NCBI GenBank assembly: GCA_003660925.1
Contig: QMVD01000001.1
Location: 1 to 45,075 of the forward strand
Reading direction: 5' to 3'
Source: Nanobdellota archaeon
Lineage (GTDB): Archaea; Nanobdellota; Nanobdellia; B33-G15
DNA length: 45,075 bases
Shown here: positions 1 to 9,214 of the stretch, piece by piece
Layout: each line of letters starts with the position of its first letter
Position numbering within the stretch: position 1 is the first letter of the stretch
The notes under the pieces: generated by a model
Seen by the model: the letters and a program-made list of their open reading frames with translations, nothing else
What the model was told of the DNA's origin: nothing
The model's database searches: none
Made by a program: the position numbers and the translations under genes

Positions 1-1
1 G

Positions 2-280
2 AAGCCCAGGTTGACGAGGGTACAGAAAGAGAAGCTTAAGAGGTACATGAAAGGAGACCTGACTTACGAGTGCGTGGTGGGCGGGATGAAGGAACTCACG
101 TTCGCCTACTTCCTCTCCGGGGACTACTTCTTGGAAGAAAAGGTGGAGAAAGTGTTGGTCGCTAAGGTCTTGCAGGGGAGGAGCTGGCCGGAGATCGAGA
201 AGCTCACGGGAGAGAGGTTTTCCGTCTGGTTCGAGCGCATGCACGAAATCGCCTCTCAGCTCCAGGCCTTTATCTCATAA
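2..280 (+). CDS. tmcA: C-terminal fragment of probable tRNA(Met) cytidine acetyltransferase TmcA (5' truncated by window edge)
   Basis: Frame is open from base 2. KLKRYMKGDLTYECV...AYFL...EKVLVAKVLQGRSWPEI resembles the C-terminus of archaeal TmcA. Catalytic domains lie outside the window. Confidence 0.6.
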   Translation, partial: KPRLTRVQKEKLKRYMKGDLTYECVVGGMKELTFAYFLSGDYFLEEKVEKVLVAKVLQGRSWPEIEKLTGERFSVWFERMHEIASQLQAFIS

Positions 281-2796
281 TCCCCTTCCACGTGGGAGTA
301 CCTCTTCTTCAAAGAGTTCCTCGCCCTCTCCCCGAAGCCATATCCCACCCTTTCCCCAAATAGAGTCAATCCGTCCTTCCTGTATTTCTTTCCTAATTTT
401 ATCAGCAATCCCATATCGTTGGTAGGGATTTCTATTTCCAATTCTCCTTTTTCCACCAATCTCTTGACGAGTTGCTCTGCCAGCCTCTCGATGAGCTTCC
501 TCTGGAGCTTCCACTCCTTGAAGAATCTCTCCGCGGTCTTAGGGACGAGCTCCTTACTCACCCCCCACAAGTCAGAGACCTGCCTCAACAGCTCCTCATC
601 CCTCCACAGGTGCTCCAATGCCCTTTCCCCTGCCACGAAGTTTATCCTCACCACCCCATCCTGGATCCTCTCCACGTTGAGTATCTTTATCAATCCCACC
701 TCCCCAGTGCTCTCGCAATGCAATCCACCGCACGCCTCCACGTCCCAGCCTTCAATCTCGACTATCCTCAGGAACTTCCCAGGGGCAGCCCCCCCTTGAT
801 ATATCCTCATCCCATACTTTCTCTCCGCCTCCCCCCTTTCCATCCACCTCACCTTTATCCTCCTATTTTCCATCACCACCCTGTTCGCCGACTCTTCTAT
901 CTCCCTCACTTCTTCTTTTGTCAGGGATTTGTAATGGGTTATGTCCAACCTCGACTTCTCTGGGGTCTTTTCGGCGCCGTGTTGCCACACATGGGGACCC
1001 AACAACTTCCTACACGCGGCATTCAGTATGTGAGTGGCCGTGTGCATCTTTTCCAACATCTTCCTCCTTTCCCTGTCCACCACCCCGTGGACCTTCTTTC
1101 CCCTCAGGGGTCTCTGAAGCTTGTGAAGGATGGCTTTTCCTTCTTGGACCACTTCCAACACTTTGATCCCATTGATCTCCCCCGTATCGTGTAACTGGCC
1201 ACCAGCAGTGGGATAAAAGAGGGTCTTGTCCAAAACCACCCAGTTCCCCTTCCTCCAAATCACATTGGCGTCGAATTCGTACTCTCTTTGCTTCTCGTAG
1301 AACAAAGGTTTCGTCTCCAACTCTTTTTCCAAGATCCTACTCTTTTTCCTCGGCTTCGGCTCCTCCCTCCTCAATTCATTGTATACCTCTCTCCTTATAT
1401 CAACCCTGACCCCCAATTCCTCCGCCACTTGTCTTATGGTTTCAGGCATCACCCCATAGCTCTGGTAGAGGGTTATCACGTCCTTCTCCGTGAGCCCCTT
1501 CTCCAACGCCTTCACCACGGCCTTCCTTGCCCTCGTTATGCTGGAGATGTATCTCTCCCTCTCCACTTGAATGATATCGAAGAGTTTCCCCACTTCCTTC
1601 AACTCCTCAAACCAGGAACCGAACTCCTTTATGTGCCACTCAAACACCTTCTCCAACTCCAGATCCAAGTTGTACCTATCGATCAGGCTCCAACACCTTC
1701 TCAAGATATTCCTCAGGTTGTAACCTCCCGACACGTTGCTCGGGAGTCCCCCATCGTGTATGGCTACTAAAAGAGTCCTGGTGTGGTCCGCTATGGAGTA
1801 GATCGCTGCCTGCCTAGATATCTCTTCCCTCAAGACGGATTCTTCCATCCCCAAGAGTTCGGATATCTCCCTCCACCTCTCCTTCTTCTCTAAGAGGGTG
1901 GAGTAAGGGGCAAACGCCTTCATGAGCTTCCTATCGGGTTTGAGTCCCACCTCCTTGTAAATTCGTTTGAGCACGTAAGGGAAGGTGACGTCGTAACTCA
2001 TGGGAACCCCTTGAGTGAACCAGGCCCACCTCTCCAATCCCGCCCCCATATCTATAACCTTTGTCTTAAGCTCCCTGTAACTCCCATCAGGAAGGAGTTC
2101 GTATTGCATGTAAACTTGGTTCCCCAGTTCCAGTCCTCTCGAGAAAAACTCTATACAAGGTCCGAAGTTTCCCCCTCCTGCCCACATGTCCTCATGGAAG
2201 ACTATCTCCTCCTTCGGGATCTTCAAGCCCTTGGTGAGGAACTCGTATATTTGTTGGATCCCCTCCTCCTTGAAGTAGACATATCTCTCGGGGGTGTTGA
2301 AGGTGTGTTGCCCCACCATGATGAAGCCCGTATAGTGCCTCCCCGTGAACCCAACATTAGGGATGTCGTTGAACCTCAAGCAAAACTGGGGTTCCAAAGT
2401 GGCTGGAGCAGGGGGCTCCACCTCACCCGAAACCACGTAGGGCTGGAATATGTTTACCCCAGCATCCACGAAATACAACTCATCGTACCACCTGGCCACT
2501 ACAGGATATCTCTTTATGGGGACGTATCCCCACTTCTTGAAGATCTTCACGAAGACCTCCCACCCTTCCCTGTAACTCACTTTTCTCTTCGCGGGACTCT
2601 TCCCTATGAAGTCGTATTTTCCGGTGCAGTCGTCGCAGAACTCCCTAAAATGGGTGCTCCAAAATCCTATCCCGCACCTCTTGCACACGTACCTGTTATA
2701 ACCCAATTCCTTCAGGGTCTTCGCTGGATAGAATTTCTTATAGTTCTGGAAGAAGATGGGCCTGAACTTCTCCTTGATCTCCCTATCGGAGAGCAT
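256..2796 (-). CDS. alaS: Alanyl-tRNA synthetase (archaeal type, short C-terminus)
   Basis: CKRCGIGFWS Zn knuckle, YPVVARW, QFCLRFNDI, IDMGAGLER, IADHTR, editing motifs HTATH and CGGLH. Start moved to the ATG at 2796 (MLSDREIK) because the upstream extension is antisense to the holin-like gene. Confidence 0.97.
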   Translation of the reverse strand: MLSDREIKEKFRPIFFQNYKKFYPAKTLKELGYNRYVCKRCGIGFWSTHFREFCDDCTGKYDFIGKSPAKRKVSYREGWEVFVKIFKKWGYVPIKRYPVVARWYDELYFVDAGVNIFQPYVVSGEVEPPAPATLEPQFCLRFNDIPNVGFTGRHYTGFIMVGQHTFNTPERYVYFKEEGIQQIYEFLTKGLKIPKEEIVFHEDMWAGGGNFGPCIEFFSRGLELGNQVYMQYELLPDGSYRELKTKVIDMGAGLERWAWFTQGVPMSYDVTFPYVLKRIYKEVGLKPDRKLMKAFAPYSTLLEKKERWREISELLGMEESVLREEISRQAAIYSIADHTRTLLVAIHDGGLPSNVSGGYNLRNILRRCWSLIDRYNLDLELEKVFEWHIKEFGSWFEELKEVGKLFDIIQVERERYISSITRARKAVVKALEKGLTEKDVITLYQSYGVMPETIRQVAEELGVRVDIRREVYNELRREEPKPRKKSRILEKELETKPLFYEKQREYEFDANVIWRKGNWVVLDKTLFYPTAGGQLHDTGEINGIKVLEVVQEGKAILHKLQRPLRGKKVHGVVDRERRKMLEKMHTATHILNAACRKLLGPHVWQHGAEKTPEKSRLDITHYKSLTKEEVREIEESANRVVMENRRIKVRWMERGEAERKYGMRIYQGGAAPGKFLRIVEIEGWDVEACGGLHCESTGEVGLIKILNVERIQDGVVRINFVAGERALEHLWRDEELLRQVSDLWGVSKELVPKTAERFFKEWKLQRKLIERLAEQLVKRLVEKGELEIEIPTNDMGLLIKLGKKYRKDGLTLFGERVGYGFGERARNSLKKRYSHVEGDYEIKAWS

Positions 2797-2847
2797 GGGA
2801 AATCTAACAAGGAGAGGATATTTAAATTTAAAGAAAGTAAGAAAAGC

Positions 2848-3123
2848 ATGGCAGTGGAGAAGCTCAACCCCATGAGGGTTGGCATCGCAATTGGGGTTCT
2901 CTGGGGCGTGTGCACCTTCTTGGCAGCGGTCTATGGGATTTACACCAACCAAACGGATTTCATTGGGGTCTTCGATGACTTCTACATGGGATACGAGGCT
3001 TCCTGGATGGGGAGCTTCATCGGGCTCGTGTGGGGCTTCATAGACGGTTTCCTCTGCGGCTTCTTCGCGGTCATCATCTACAACTGCCTTGAAAAACAGG
3101 AATGGCTCAAGCAATGGGATTGA
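2848..3123 (+). CDS. Small two-TM membrane protein of the 'bacteriophage holin'-like family
   Basis: The last 91 aa of the 2011..3123 ORF: KLNPMRVGIAIGVLWG...YMGYEASWMGSFIGLVWGFIDGFLCGFFAVIIYN. ATG follows an AT-rich divergent promoter. Confidence 0.65.
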   Translation: MAVEKLNPMRVGIAIGVLWGVCTFLAAVYGIYTNQTDFIGVFDDFYMGYEASWMGSFIGLVWGFIDGFLCGFFAVIIYNCLEKQEWLKQWD

Positions 3124-3180
3124 AACCTTTCTTCTTTTTTTCTCGTAATGCTTTTAAGGCTAGAGAAGGTTTATAAAGAG

Positions 3181-4626
3181 ATGTCTGAACAGGAAGGGGT
3201 CACCGTCAAAAAATCCGAAGATTTCTCGGAGTGGTATACCCAAGTCGTCCTAAAATCCGGTCTGGCTGATTACGCGCCCGTGAAGGGTTGTATGATCATA
3301 AGACCCTACGGGTATTCTATTTGGGAGAAGATACGGGAGATATTTGACGGGATGATAAAGGAAACTGGGGTGAGGAACGCGTACTTCCCCCTCTTCATCC
3401 CGGAGAGGTTGCTGAAGAAGGAGGCAGAGCACTTCGAGGGGTTCACCCCAGAGGTGGCATGGGTCACTATGGGAGGAAAGAGGAAGTTGGAGGAGAAATT
3501 GGCGGTAAGGCCAACCAGTGAGACCATCATGTACGAGACCTTCTCCAAGTGGATAAGGAGTTGGAGGGACCTGCCTTTTAGGGTGAATCAATGGTGCAAC
3601 ATAGTGAGGTGGGAGACGAAGGCCACCAAGCTATTCCTCAGGACCAGGGAGTTCCTCTGGCAGGAGGGGCACACTTGTCACGCTACTAAAGAAGAAGCGG
3701 ATGAAGAGGTGAGGCTCAGATTGGAGCAATATGAGAAGCTGGTAGAGGAGTACCTGGCGATACCCGTGATCGCCGGCAAGAAGTCAGAGGGAGAAAAGTT
3801 CGCTGGTGCCCTCTACACTACAACTCTCGAGGCCATGATGCCGGACGGGAGGGCGTTACAGATGGCCACCTCTCACCACCTTGGACAGAACTTTTCTAAG
3901 GCCTTCGGCATAAAGTTCTTGGACAAGGATGGAAAGGGGAAGCACGTCTGGCAGACATCCTGGGGCCTCTCCACCAGGACGATAGGAGCCTTGGTGATGG
4001 TTCACGGGGATGATAAAGGGTTGGTACTGCCCCCGAGAGTCGCTCCTTATCAAGTGGTCATAGTGCCCATCTACTATGAGAAAGGCGAGAAGAAGGTGGT
4101 CTTGAAAAAAGCGAAGGAAATCTCCAAGAGGTTGAGAAAGGAAGACATCAGGAGCGTGCTCGACGATAGGGAAGAATACACCCCAGGTTGGAAGTTCAAC
4201 GAATGGGAGTTGAAAGGCGTGCCCTTGAGGATAGAAATAGGTCCAAAGGACGTGAAGAACGAACAGGTGGTTCTCGCGAGGAGGGATAACTCGGAGAAGA
4301 AGGTGATAAAGGAGAAGGAATTAATAAGGGTGGTCAAGAGGACTCTGGAGGATATCCAAAAAAACCTGTTCAAGAAGGCGAAGAAGTGCTTGGAAGAACA
4401 CATAACCTTGGTCAATGATTTCGAAGAGTTCAAGGAGGTCTTGGAGAAGAAGAGGGGGTTCTTGAAGGCACCTTGGTGCGGGGAACTCAAGTGTGAGGAG
4501 AAAATAAAGGAGGAGACAGGGGCGACCGTCAGGGTGATACCTTTCGAGGAGAAGGTGAAGTCGTCCAAGTGTTTCTTCTGCGGGAAAAAAGCGAAGTGTG
4601 TGGCCTACTTTGCCAAGGCCTACTAA
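3181..4626 (+). CDS. proS: Prolyl-tRNA synthetase (archaeal/eukaryotic type)
   Basis: FSEWYTQV, AVRPTSET, NQWCNIVRWE, FLRTREFLWQEGH, QTSWGLSTR, C-terminal Zn Cys residues and terminal AKAY. Confidence 0.97.
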   Translation: MSEQEGVTVKKSEDFSEWYTQVVLKSGLADYAPVKGCMIIRPYGYSIWEKIREIFDGMIKETGVRNAYFPLFIPERLLKKEAEHFEGFTPEVAWVTMGGKRKLEEKLAVRPTSETIMYETFSKWIRSWRDLPFRVNQWCNIVRWETKATKLFLRTREFLWQEGHTCHATKEEADEEVRLRLEQYEKLVEEYLAIPVIAGKKSEGEKFAGALYTTTLEAMMPDGRALQMATSHHLGQNFSKAFGIKFLDKDGKGKHVWQTSWGLSTRTIGALVMVHGDDKGLVLPPRVAPYQVVIVPIYYEKGEKKVVLKKAKEISKRLRKEDIRSVLDDREEYTPGWKFNEWELKGVPLRIEIGPKDVKNEQVVLARRDNSEKKVIKEKELIRVVKRTLEDIQKNLFKKAKKCLEEHITLVNDFEEFKEVLEKKRGFLKAPWCGELKCEEKIKEETGATVRVIPFEEKVKSSKCFFCGKKAKCVAYFAKAY

Positions 4627-4627
4627 C

Positions 4628-4714
4628 ATGATGAAGGACGTAATTAAAGAGACCGTAGAAACCTACGAGAAGAAAATCCTCGATGTCGGTTGTGGTCTCG
4701 CGAGGAAGGACTAA
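4628..4714 (+). pseudogene. Remnant of a class I SAM-dependent methyltransferase (28 codons)
   Basis: Translates MMKDVIKETVETYEKKILDVGCGLARKD*. Contains SAM motif I (ILDVGCG) and a typical N-terminal ETVETYEK helix, then stops against the mtaB stop. Confidence 0.5.
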
Positions 4715-5943
4715 ATAGCTTCTCCTATGAGGGTGGATGGCGTCACTTCGACGATCTTGACATTTAACCAATCCCCTTCCCCTCTCCCCACATAGACGCG
4801 TTTGTACCAGTTGTTCCTCCCCTTCTTCCCCTCGTCCACCAGGACTTCTCCCTCCCAGCCAATCCACTTCTTATTCCTCTCCAAAGCAATCTCATCGAAC
4901 AATTTGCTCAATTCCCTACTCCTCTCCTTGACGATTTGGGTAGGGAGGAGCTTCAACTTCGAAGCCCTCGTGTTGGGTCTCGGGTAAAATTTGGAGATGT
5001 TCAAGACATCTGGTTCCAACCACTTGGTGAGCTTCAACGTCTTCTTCCAATCCTCCTCACTCTCGGTAGGGAACCCGCAGATTACATCCGTGGAGATCGT
5101 TATGTTTGGTATCTTCCTCCTAAACGCCTTAATCACGCGCTTGAACTCTTTCACCGTGTACTTTCTATTCATCTCCCTCAGGACGTCATCGCTCCCCGAT
5201 TGGACCGGGACATGAATGAACTTGAAGAGTTTGGGGTGTCTATAAATACCAACCAACTCGTCCAGGATTTCCAAGACGTGGTCCGGGTTCATCATCCCGT
5301 TCCTCACCCAGAATTTCCCTTCCAAGGAGAGGACTTCCTCCAACAACTCCGCCAAGTTTCCTCCGAAGTCGAAGCCATAACAGGCGTTGTCTTGGCTCGT
5401 CAACCATATCTCCTTCACGCCTTCCTTTATTGCCCTCTCCGCCCTCTTAACTATCTCCCCGACCCTATAGGACCTCAGATGCCCTCTAGCGAACTTGGTG
5501 GCGCAGTAGGAACAACCTCCTAGACAACCCTGAGAGATGGGGATTATCTCGACGATGGGATTAAATCTGAATGACTTCATTCCTAACCTCATCTCTTCCC
5601 TCTTGAGTTCCACCACTCTCTCCCCCTTCGAGATCCTGTCCACGATCTCCCCCACCTTTTCTACTTGGTCTGGGCCCATCATGGAATGGCCGAACCCCTT
5701 CAACCTCTCAAAATTTATCCATGGGAGGCACCCGGCTATCAGTATCCTCTTCCCGTTCAGGGAGCTTATCCTCCTCACGATCTTCTCCTCAGTGGGTCCT
5801 TTGACTCCACACGTGTTGATTATCACCAAATCCGCCTCCTTCCAATCCCAAACGATCTCATGTCTTCTTCGAAGTATCTCTATCATGTACTCACTATCAG
5901 CCTTGTTGGCTGAACATCCATATGTTTCCACGTATATCCTCAT
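4711..5943 (-). CDS. mtaB: Radical SAM tRNA methylthiotransferase (MtaB/e-MtaB, ms2t6A37)
   Basis: ETYGCSAN UPF0004 N-terminus, INTCGVK, GCLP, CLGGCSYC radical SAM motif, HVPVQSGS, TDVICGFPTE, short TRAM domain. Confidence 0.92.
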   Translation of the reverse strand: MRIYVETYGCSANKADSEYMIEILRRRHEIVWDWKEADLVIINTCGVKGPTEEKIVRRISSLNGKRILIAGCLPWINFERLKGFGHSMMGPDQVEKVGEIVDRISKGERVVELKREEMRLGMKSFRFNPIVEIIPISQGCLGGCSYCATKFARGHLRSYRVGEIVKRAERAIKEGVKEIWLTSQDNACYGFDFGGNLAELLEEVLSLEGKFWVRNGMMNPDHVLEILDELVGIYRHPKLFKFIHVPVQSGSDDVLREMNRKYTVKEFKRVIKAFRRKIPNITISTDVICGFPTESEEDWKKTLKLTKWLEPDVLNISKFYPRPNTRASKLKLLPTQIVKERSRELSKLFDEIALERNKKWIGWEGEVLVDEGKKGRNNWYKRVYVGRGEGDWLNVKIVEVTPSTLIGEAI

Positions 5944-5965
5944 GAAAAGGAGCGGAAAAGAAGTC

Positions 5966-6315
5966 TTAAAATGTTTTTTGGAGGAAGGAAAGGTAGGCTT
6001 TTTTGTAGGAATTCAACTCCTCCCTTAACTCCTCCACCTTCTCCTTCGAGAGCATGCCCGCTTCCTTCAAAGCGATGACCTTATTCACCATGTACCTCAC
6101 CGCTCGAGGGATCTCTAGCCTGAAATACTTTCTCCTGAGTTCTCGCGAGTCCTCATCCAAGTCTCTCAGCGCCTCATCGAAATCCCCAACATCTTCCTAA
6201 TTAGGGATGGGAAAGTCCTCGCCAAGTTGTCCAAGTCTTCTTTGATGAACCTCTCCAACGTGTCCCCCTCTAATCTCTTCTCAATGTAATCCTCCAAAAC
6301 CTTTGAGAGATTCAT
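5966..6315 (-). pseudogene. Helical hypothetical protein interrupted by a one-base frameshift near 6196
   Basis: ATG at 6315 overlaps the tyrS stop (ATGA). Frame 0 MNLSKVLEDYIEKRL...FPSLIR stops at 6166. The -1 frame continues EDVGDFDEALRDLDEDSRELRRKYF... to TAA at 5966. Span 350 nt = 3n+2. Confidence 0.6.
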
Positions 6316-7409
6316 CTGGTCACCTCGAAGGACTTCACTTCCTCATACAACCTCTTCCCCTTCCCCTTCTCGAAGTGCTTCCTTATAGGGGACACTATCT
6401 CGTCTAAGTAATCAGCTATCGCGTTCTTGAGGTCCAAGGGATGGATTCCTCCCTCCGCGAAGTCCCTCTCCAGAGAGGCATAATTACGGTACACCACATC
6501 CCCTCCGTACTTCCTCGGCCTCTCCACCTTCACTTCCTTGTAAACCCTGAACACTATCTCCTTCGCATAATCCAACACGGGATTATTCTTGACATCTTTA
6601 GCTGGACAATACGCCTTCCTCATCTTGGCGAAGATCTCCTCCCTGGAATCGTGGACGAATATGGCACTCTTGGGCTTGCTCTTGCTCATCTTGGAACTTA
6701 TCGCTAGGTCTATCTCCTTGTTCTCGTCATATCCCCCCATCTTCTTGGGGCCCTCCAGGCCCATCAAGAGATGATGGTGAACTGCCACGGGTTTCCAGAG
6801 GCCCAATTTAGGTCCCACCTCTCTAGCGAGCATGTTGATCTTCCTCTGGTCCATTCCTAACTGACATATATCAACCCCCAACATGAAGATGTCGGCGCAT
6901 TGCATCATGGGGTAGAAGAATTGGGCTACTTCGTTCATCTCTCCCTCTTTCCTTCCCATTATGGTTAGCGCCCTCAGGGTCCTCCTCACGGTCGTGTGCT
7001 TGGCTACCCTTATGACCATCTTCCAATACTCCCTCTCCATTACTAGGTCGGACGCCCAGACGTACCTCACCCCCCTCTTGAAGGGGACCCCTGCTGCCTT
7101 CCACACCTCGAGGAAATACTTCCCCACTTTCTGTATCTTTTCCAGATCTCCTCCGTACTTCCTGTTTATCCAAGCGAACCAGTCCGCTAAGTATATCTTG
7201 AAGCCTATCCCCGCTCTTAGGAGCTCTTTTATCAACAAAGGTCTATAAACCCCAAAAGGGAGGTGGGCCAACCCTGAAGGCTCGAAACCATCGTAGGCGA
7301 TGGGGTGTTTCTTCTCTTCCAAGAGCCTCCTCAGATCTTCCTCAGTGATTATCTCCTCTGCGATCCCCTTCACGACCCTGACCCTTTCCTCCACGTCCAT
7401 GTTCCTCAT
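6312..7409 (-). CDS. tyrS: Tyrosyl-tRNA synthetase
   Basis: YDGFEPSGLAH (HIGH-like), YPMMQCADI, QLGMDQRK, KMSKSKP (KMSKS). GGAGG upstream of the ATG. Confidence 0.96.
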   Translation of the reverse strand: MRNMDVEERVRVVKGIAEEIITEEDLRRLLEEKKHPIAYDGFEPSGLAHLPFGVYRPLLIKELLRAGIGFKIYLADWFAWINRKYGGDLEKIQKVGKYFLEVWKAAGVPFKRGVRYVWASDLVMEREYWKMVIRVAKHTTVRRTLRALTIMGRKEGEMNEVAQFFYPMMQCADIFMLGVDICQLGMDQRKINMLAREVGPKLGLWKPVAVHHHLLMGLEGPKKMGGYDENKEIDLAISSKMSKSKPKSAIFVHDSREEIFAKMRKAYCPAKDVKNNPVLDYAKEIVFRVYKEVKVERPRKYGGDVVYRNYASLERDFAEGGIHPLDLKNAIADYLDEIVSPIRKHFEKGKGKRLYEEVKSFEVTR

Positions 7410-7432
7410 GAGCTTCCTCCCCTTAATTAATT

Positions 7433-8686
7433 TTATGGGGTCACCCTCTCAACGTCTCTCGGGAAGAGACAAGCTTCTCTTATGTTCTGAAGGCCCAATA
7501 ATTGCATGACCAATCTCTCTATCCCCAAAGCGAACCCACCGTGAGGTGGGGCGCCGTACTTGAAGAACTTGGTAAACCACTCCACCCCCTTCGGGTCTAA
7601 ACCCTTCTCCTTCACGTTCCTCATCAACTCCCCATATCTATGTTCCCTCTGTCCCCCGGAACTCAGCTCCAATCCCTTGTACAAGAGGTCCACGCTCCTG
7701 GCGTATGTCTCATCGTCCTTCATGACGTAGAAGGGTTTCACGGCAAAAGGGAACTTGTTCACGAAAAAGAAATCGCTCCCGTATTTCTCCTTGACGTGCT
7801 TCCAGAGGAGGACCTCGCTCTCCCTGTCGTAGTCTTCACCGATCTCGAACTTCTTCCCGAGCTTCTCCAGGATGTTGTAAACCTTCGGGAATTCTAAGAT
7901 GGGGAACTTGCCAGGCTTCTTCGCTTTCACTCCGAGGAGCTTTAAGTCTTCTTTCATTTCTTTCCCTAGCTTTGAGATGGCATATCTCACCAGTTCTTCT
8001 TCCACCTTCATGACGTCATACTCGTTTTCTATGTAAGCCATTTCCACCGCGCAAGAGTGGTATTCGGTAACGTGTCTGGTGGTGTGGCTTGGTTCTGCCC
8101 TCCAGTTGGGTCCCAAATCATATATTTTCTCGAAACCTCCCAAGATGGTCAACTGCCTGTGAAGTTGGGGATCTTGTCTCAGGAAGGCTTGCCTGTCGAA
8201 GTATAACAAAGGGAAGACTTCTGCTCCTCCCTCAGAGGGAGTTCCCATTATGCAGGGGGTGAAGACTTCTAGGAATCCGTGGTCGTCCAAGAATTCCCTC
8301 ATGTACCTAACTAAGGAGGCCTCTATCCTGAAGATGGCCTGGTTTCTAAGGGTCCTCAGGTCTATGCTCCTCCAATCCAATCTAGCATCCAACCCCGACT
8401 CTATCTTCCCGGAGATGTCCAAAGGGACGGGTTGTTCGGCTTTGCTTAACAAGATTATCTCGTTTGGTATTAACTCCCAACCGTTTCTCGCCTTCTCCGA
8501 TTTCCTTTTTCTCCCTTCTGCTATGATCACGCTCTCCTTGGTGAGCTCGTCGAACTTATTAAAGACCTCTTTGCTCACCTCTTCCTTCTTAAGGGTTATC
8601 TGGTAAAACCCCTCAGAATTCCTTAAGATGATGAACCTGAGCTTCCCAAAATCCCTTAACTCCGACACGAAGCCGGCGAGCCTCAT
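7433..8686 (-). CDS. aspS: Aspartyl-tRNA synthetase (archaeal type)
   Basis: OB fold ELRDFG, LDARLDWRSIDLR, EGGAEVF, WRAE, ELSSGGQREH, GAPPHGGFALGIER. Confidence 0.95.
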   Translation of the reverse strand: MRLAGFVSELRDFGKLRFIILRNSEGFYQITLKKEEVSKEVFNKFDELTKESVIIAEGRKRKSEKARNGWELIPNEIILLSKAEQPVPLDISGKIESGLDARLDWRSIDLRTLRNQAIFRIEASLVRYMREFLDDHGFLEVFTPCIMGTPSEGGAEVFPLLYFDRQAFLRQDPQLHRQLTILGGFEKIYDLGPNWRAEPSHTTRHVTEYHSCAVEMAYIENEYDVMKVEEELVRYAISKLGKEMKEDLKLLGVKAKKPGKFPILEFPKVYNILEKLGKKFEIGEDYDRESEVLLWKHVKEKYGSDFFFVNKFPFAVKPFYVMKDDETYARSVDLLYKGLELSSGGQREHRYGELMRNVKEKGLDPKGVEWFTKFFKYGAPPHGGFALGIERLVMQLLGLQNIREACLFPRDVERVTP

Positions 8687-8723
8687 GGGAGCAAGAAGCC
8701 CTCCAGTTTTTTATGCTTTCCGA

Positions 8724-9184
8724 CTAACCGAAATAGGTTTCTATCTCCCGAGTGCTCTCCTCTTCCATCCACTTCCTCGCCTGCTCCTTCAGGAAATCCT
8801 TAGCGAACTTCTTCACCTCCTTCTTGTAGAAGGAATAAGCTTTGAGGAAGGCCTTTGCTCTCTCCTTCTCCCCCTCGTACAAGGAAGCGACGAGGAGGTG
8901 GAGGTGATGCATGAGCCTCTGCATGAACTTGAGGAATTCCTCCTTCTCCTCATCCGAATAGAACTTCGCCTCTATCATTTGATCGAGCCTGTTGGGTTGT
9001 ATCACGCTCGCCATATGGGAGGCGAGGCCATTAAACCTGTCTAAGAGGTGAGAGATGAATTCTCCCAAGAAGTTGACGGGCTCCCTTATGAGTATGCCAA
9101 ACTCCTCTTCGATCTCCTCTAAAGAGGTAACTTATACTTCCTCGCCAGTTTCCTATACTCTGTTAAGACCTTCTTCCTTTCCAT
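8724..9184 (-). pseudogene. DPANN-type conserved hypothetical protein with a one-base frameshift near 9125
   Basis: ATG at 9184 lies about 25 nt after a TTAAATA box and gives MERKKVLTEYRKLARKYKLPL*. The -1 frame continues LEEIEEEFGILIREPVNFLGEF... into the 8724..9068 ORF. The join restores a KYKLPxLEEIEEEF motif recalled from DPANN hypotheticals. Confidence 0.65.
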
Positions 9185-9214
9185 GGAGGAGAGAAGAAGC
9201 CTTCGTATTTAACT

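Noticed and set aside
2011-2847. N-terminal 279 codons of the 370-aa plus-strand ORF
   Set aside because: Antisense shadow of alaS. Only the part from ATG 2848 looks like a protein.
2797-3114. 106-aa N-terminal extension of AlaRS in the ORF track
   Set aside because: Antisense to the holin-like gene and the promoter. The AlaRS pattern begins at MLSDREIK.
9113-9127. CTT TAG resembling the RF2-type +1 frameshift site
   Set aside because: The downstream coding frame is -1, not +1, so the prfB-like mechanism does not fit.
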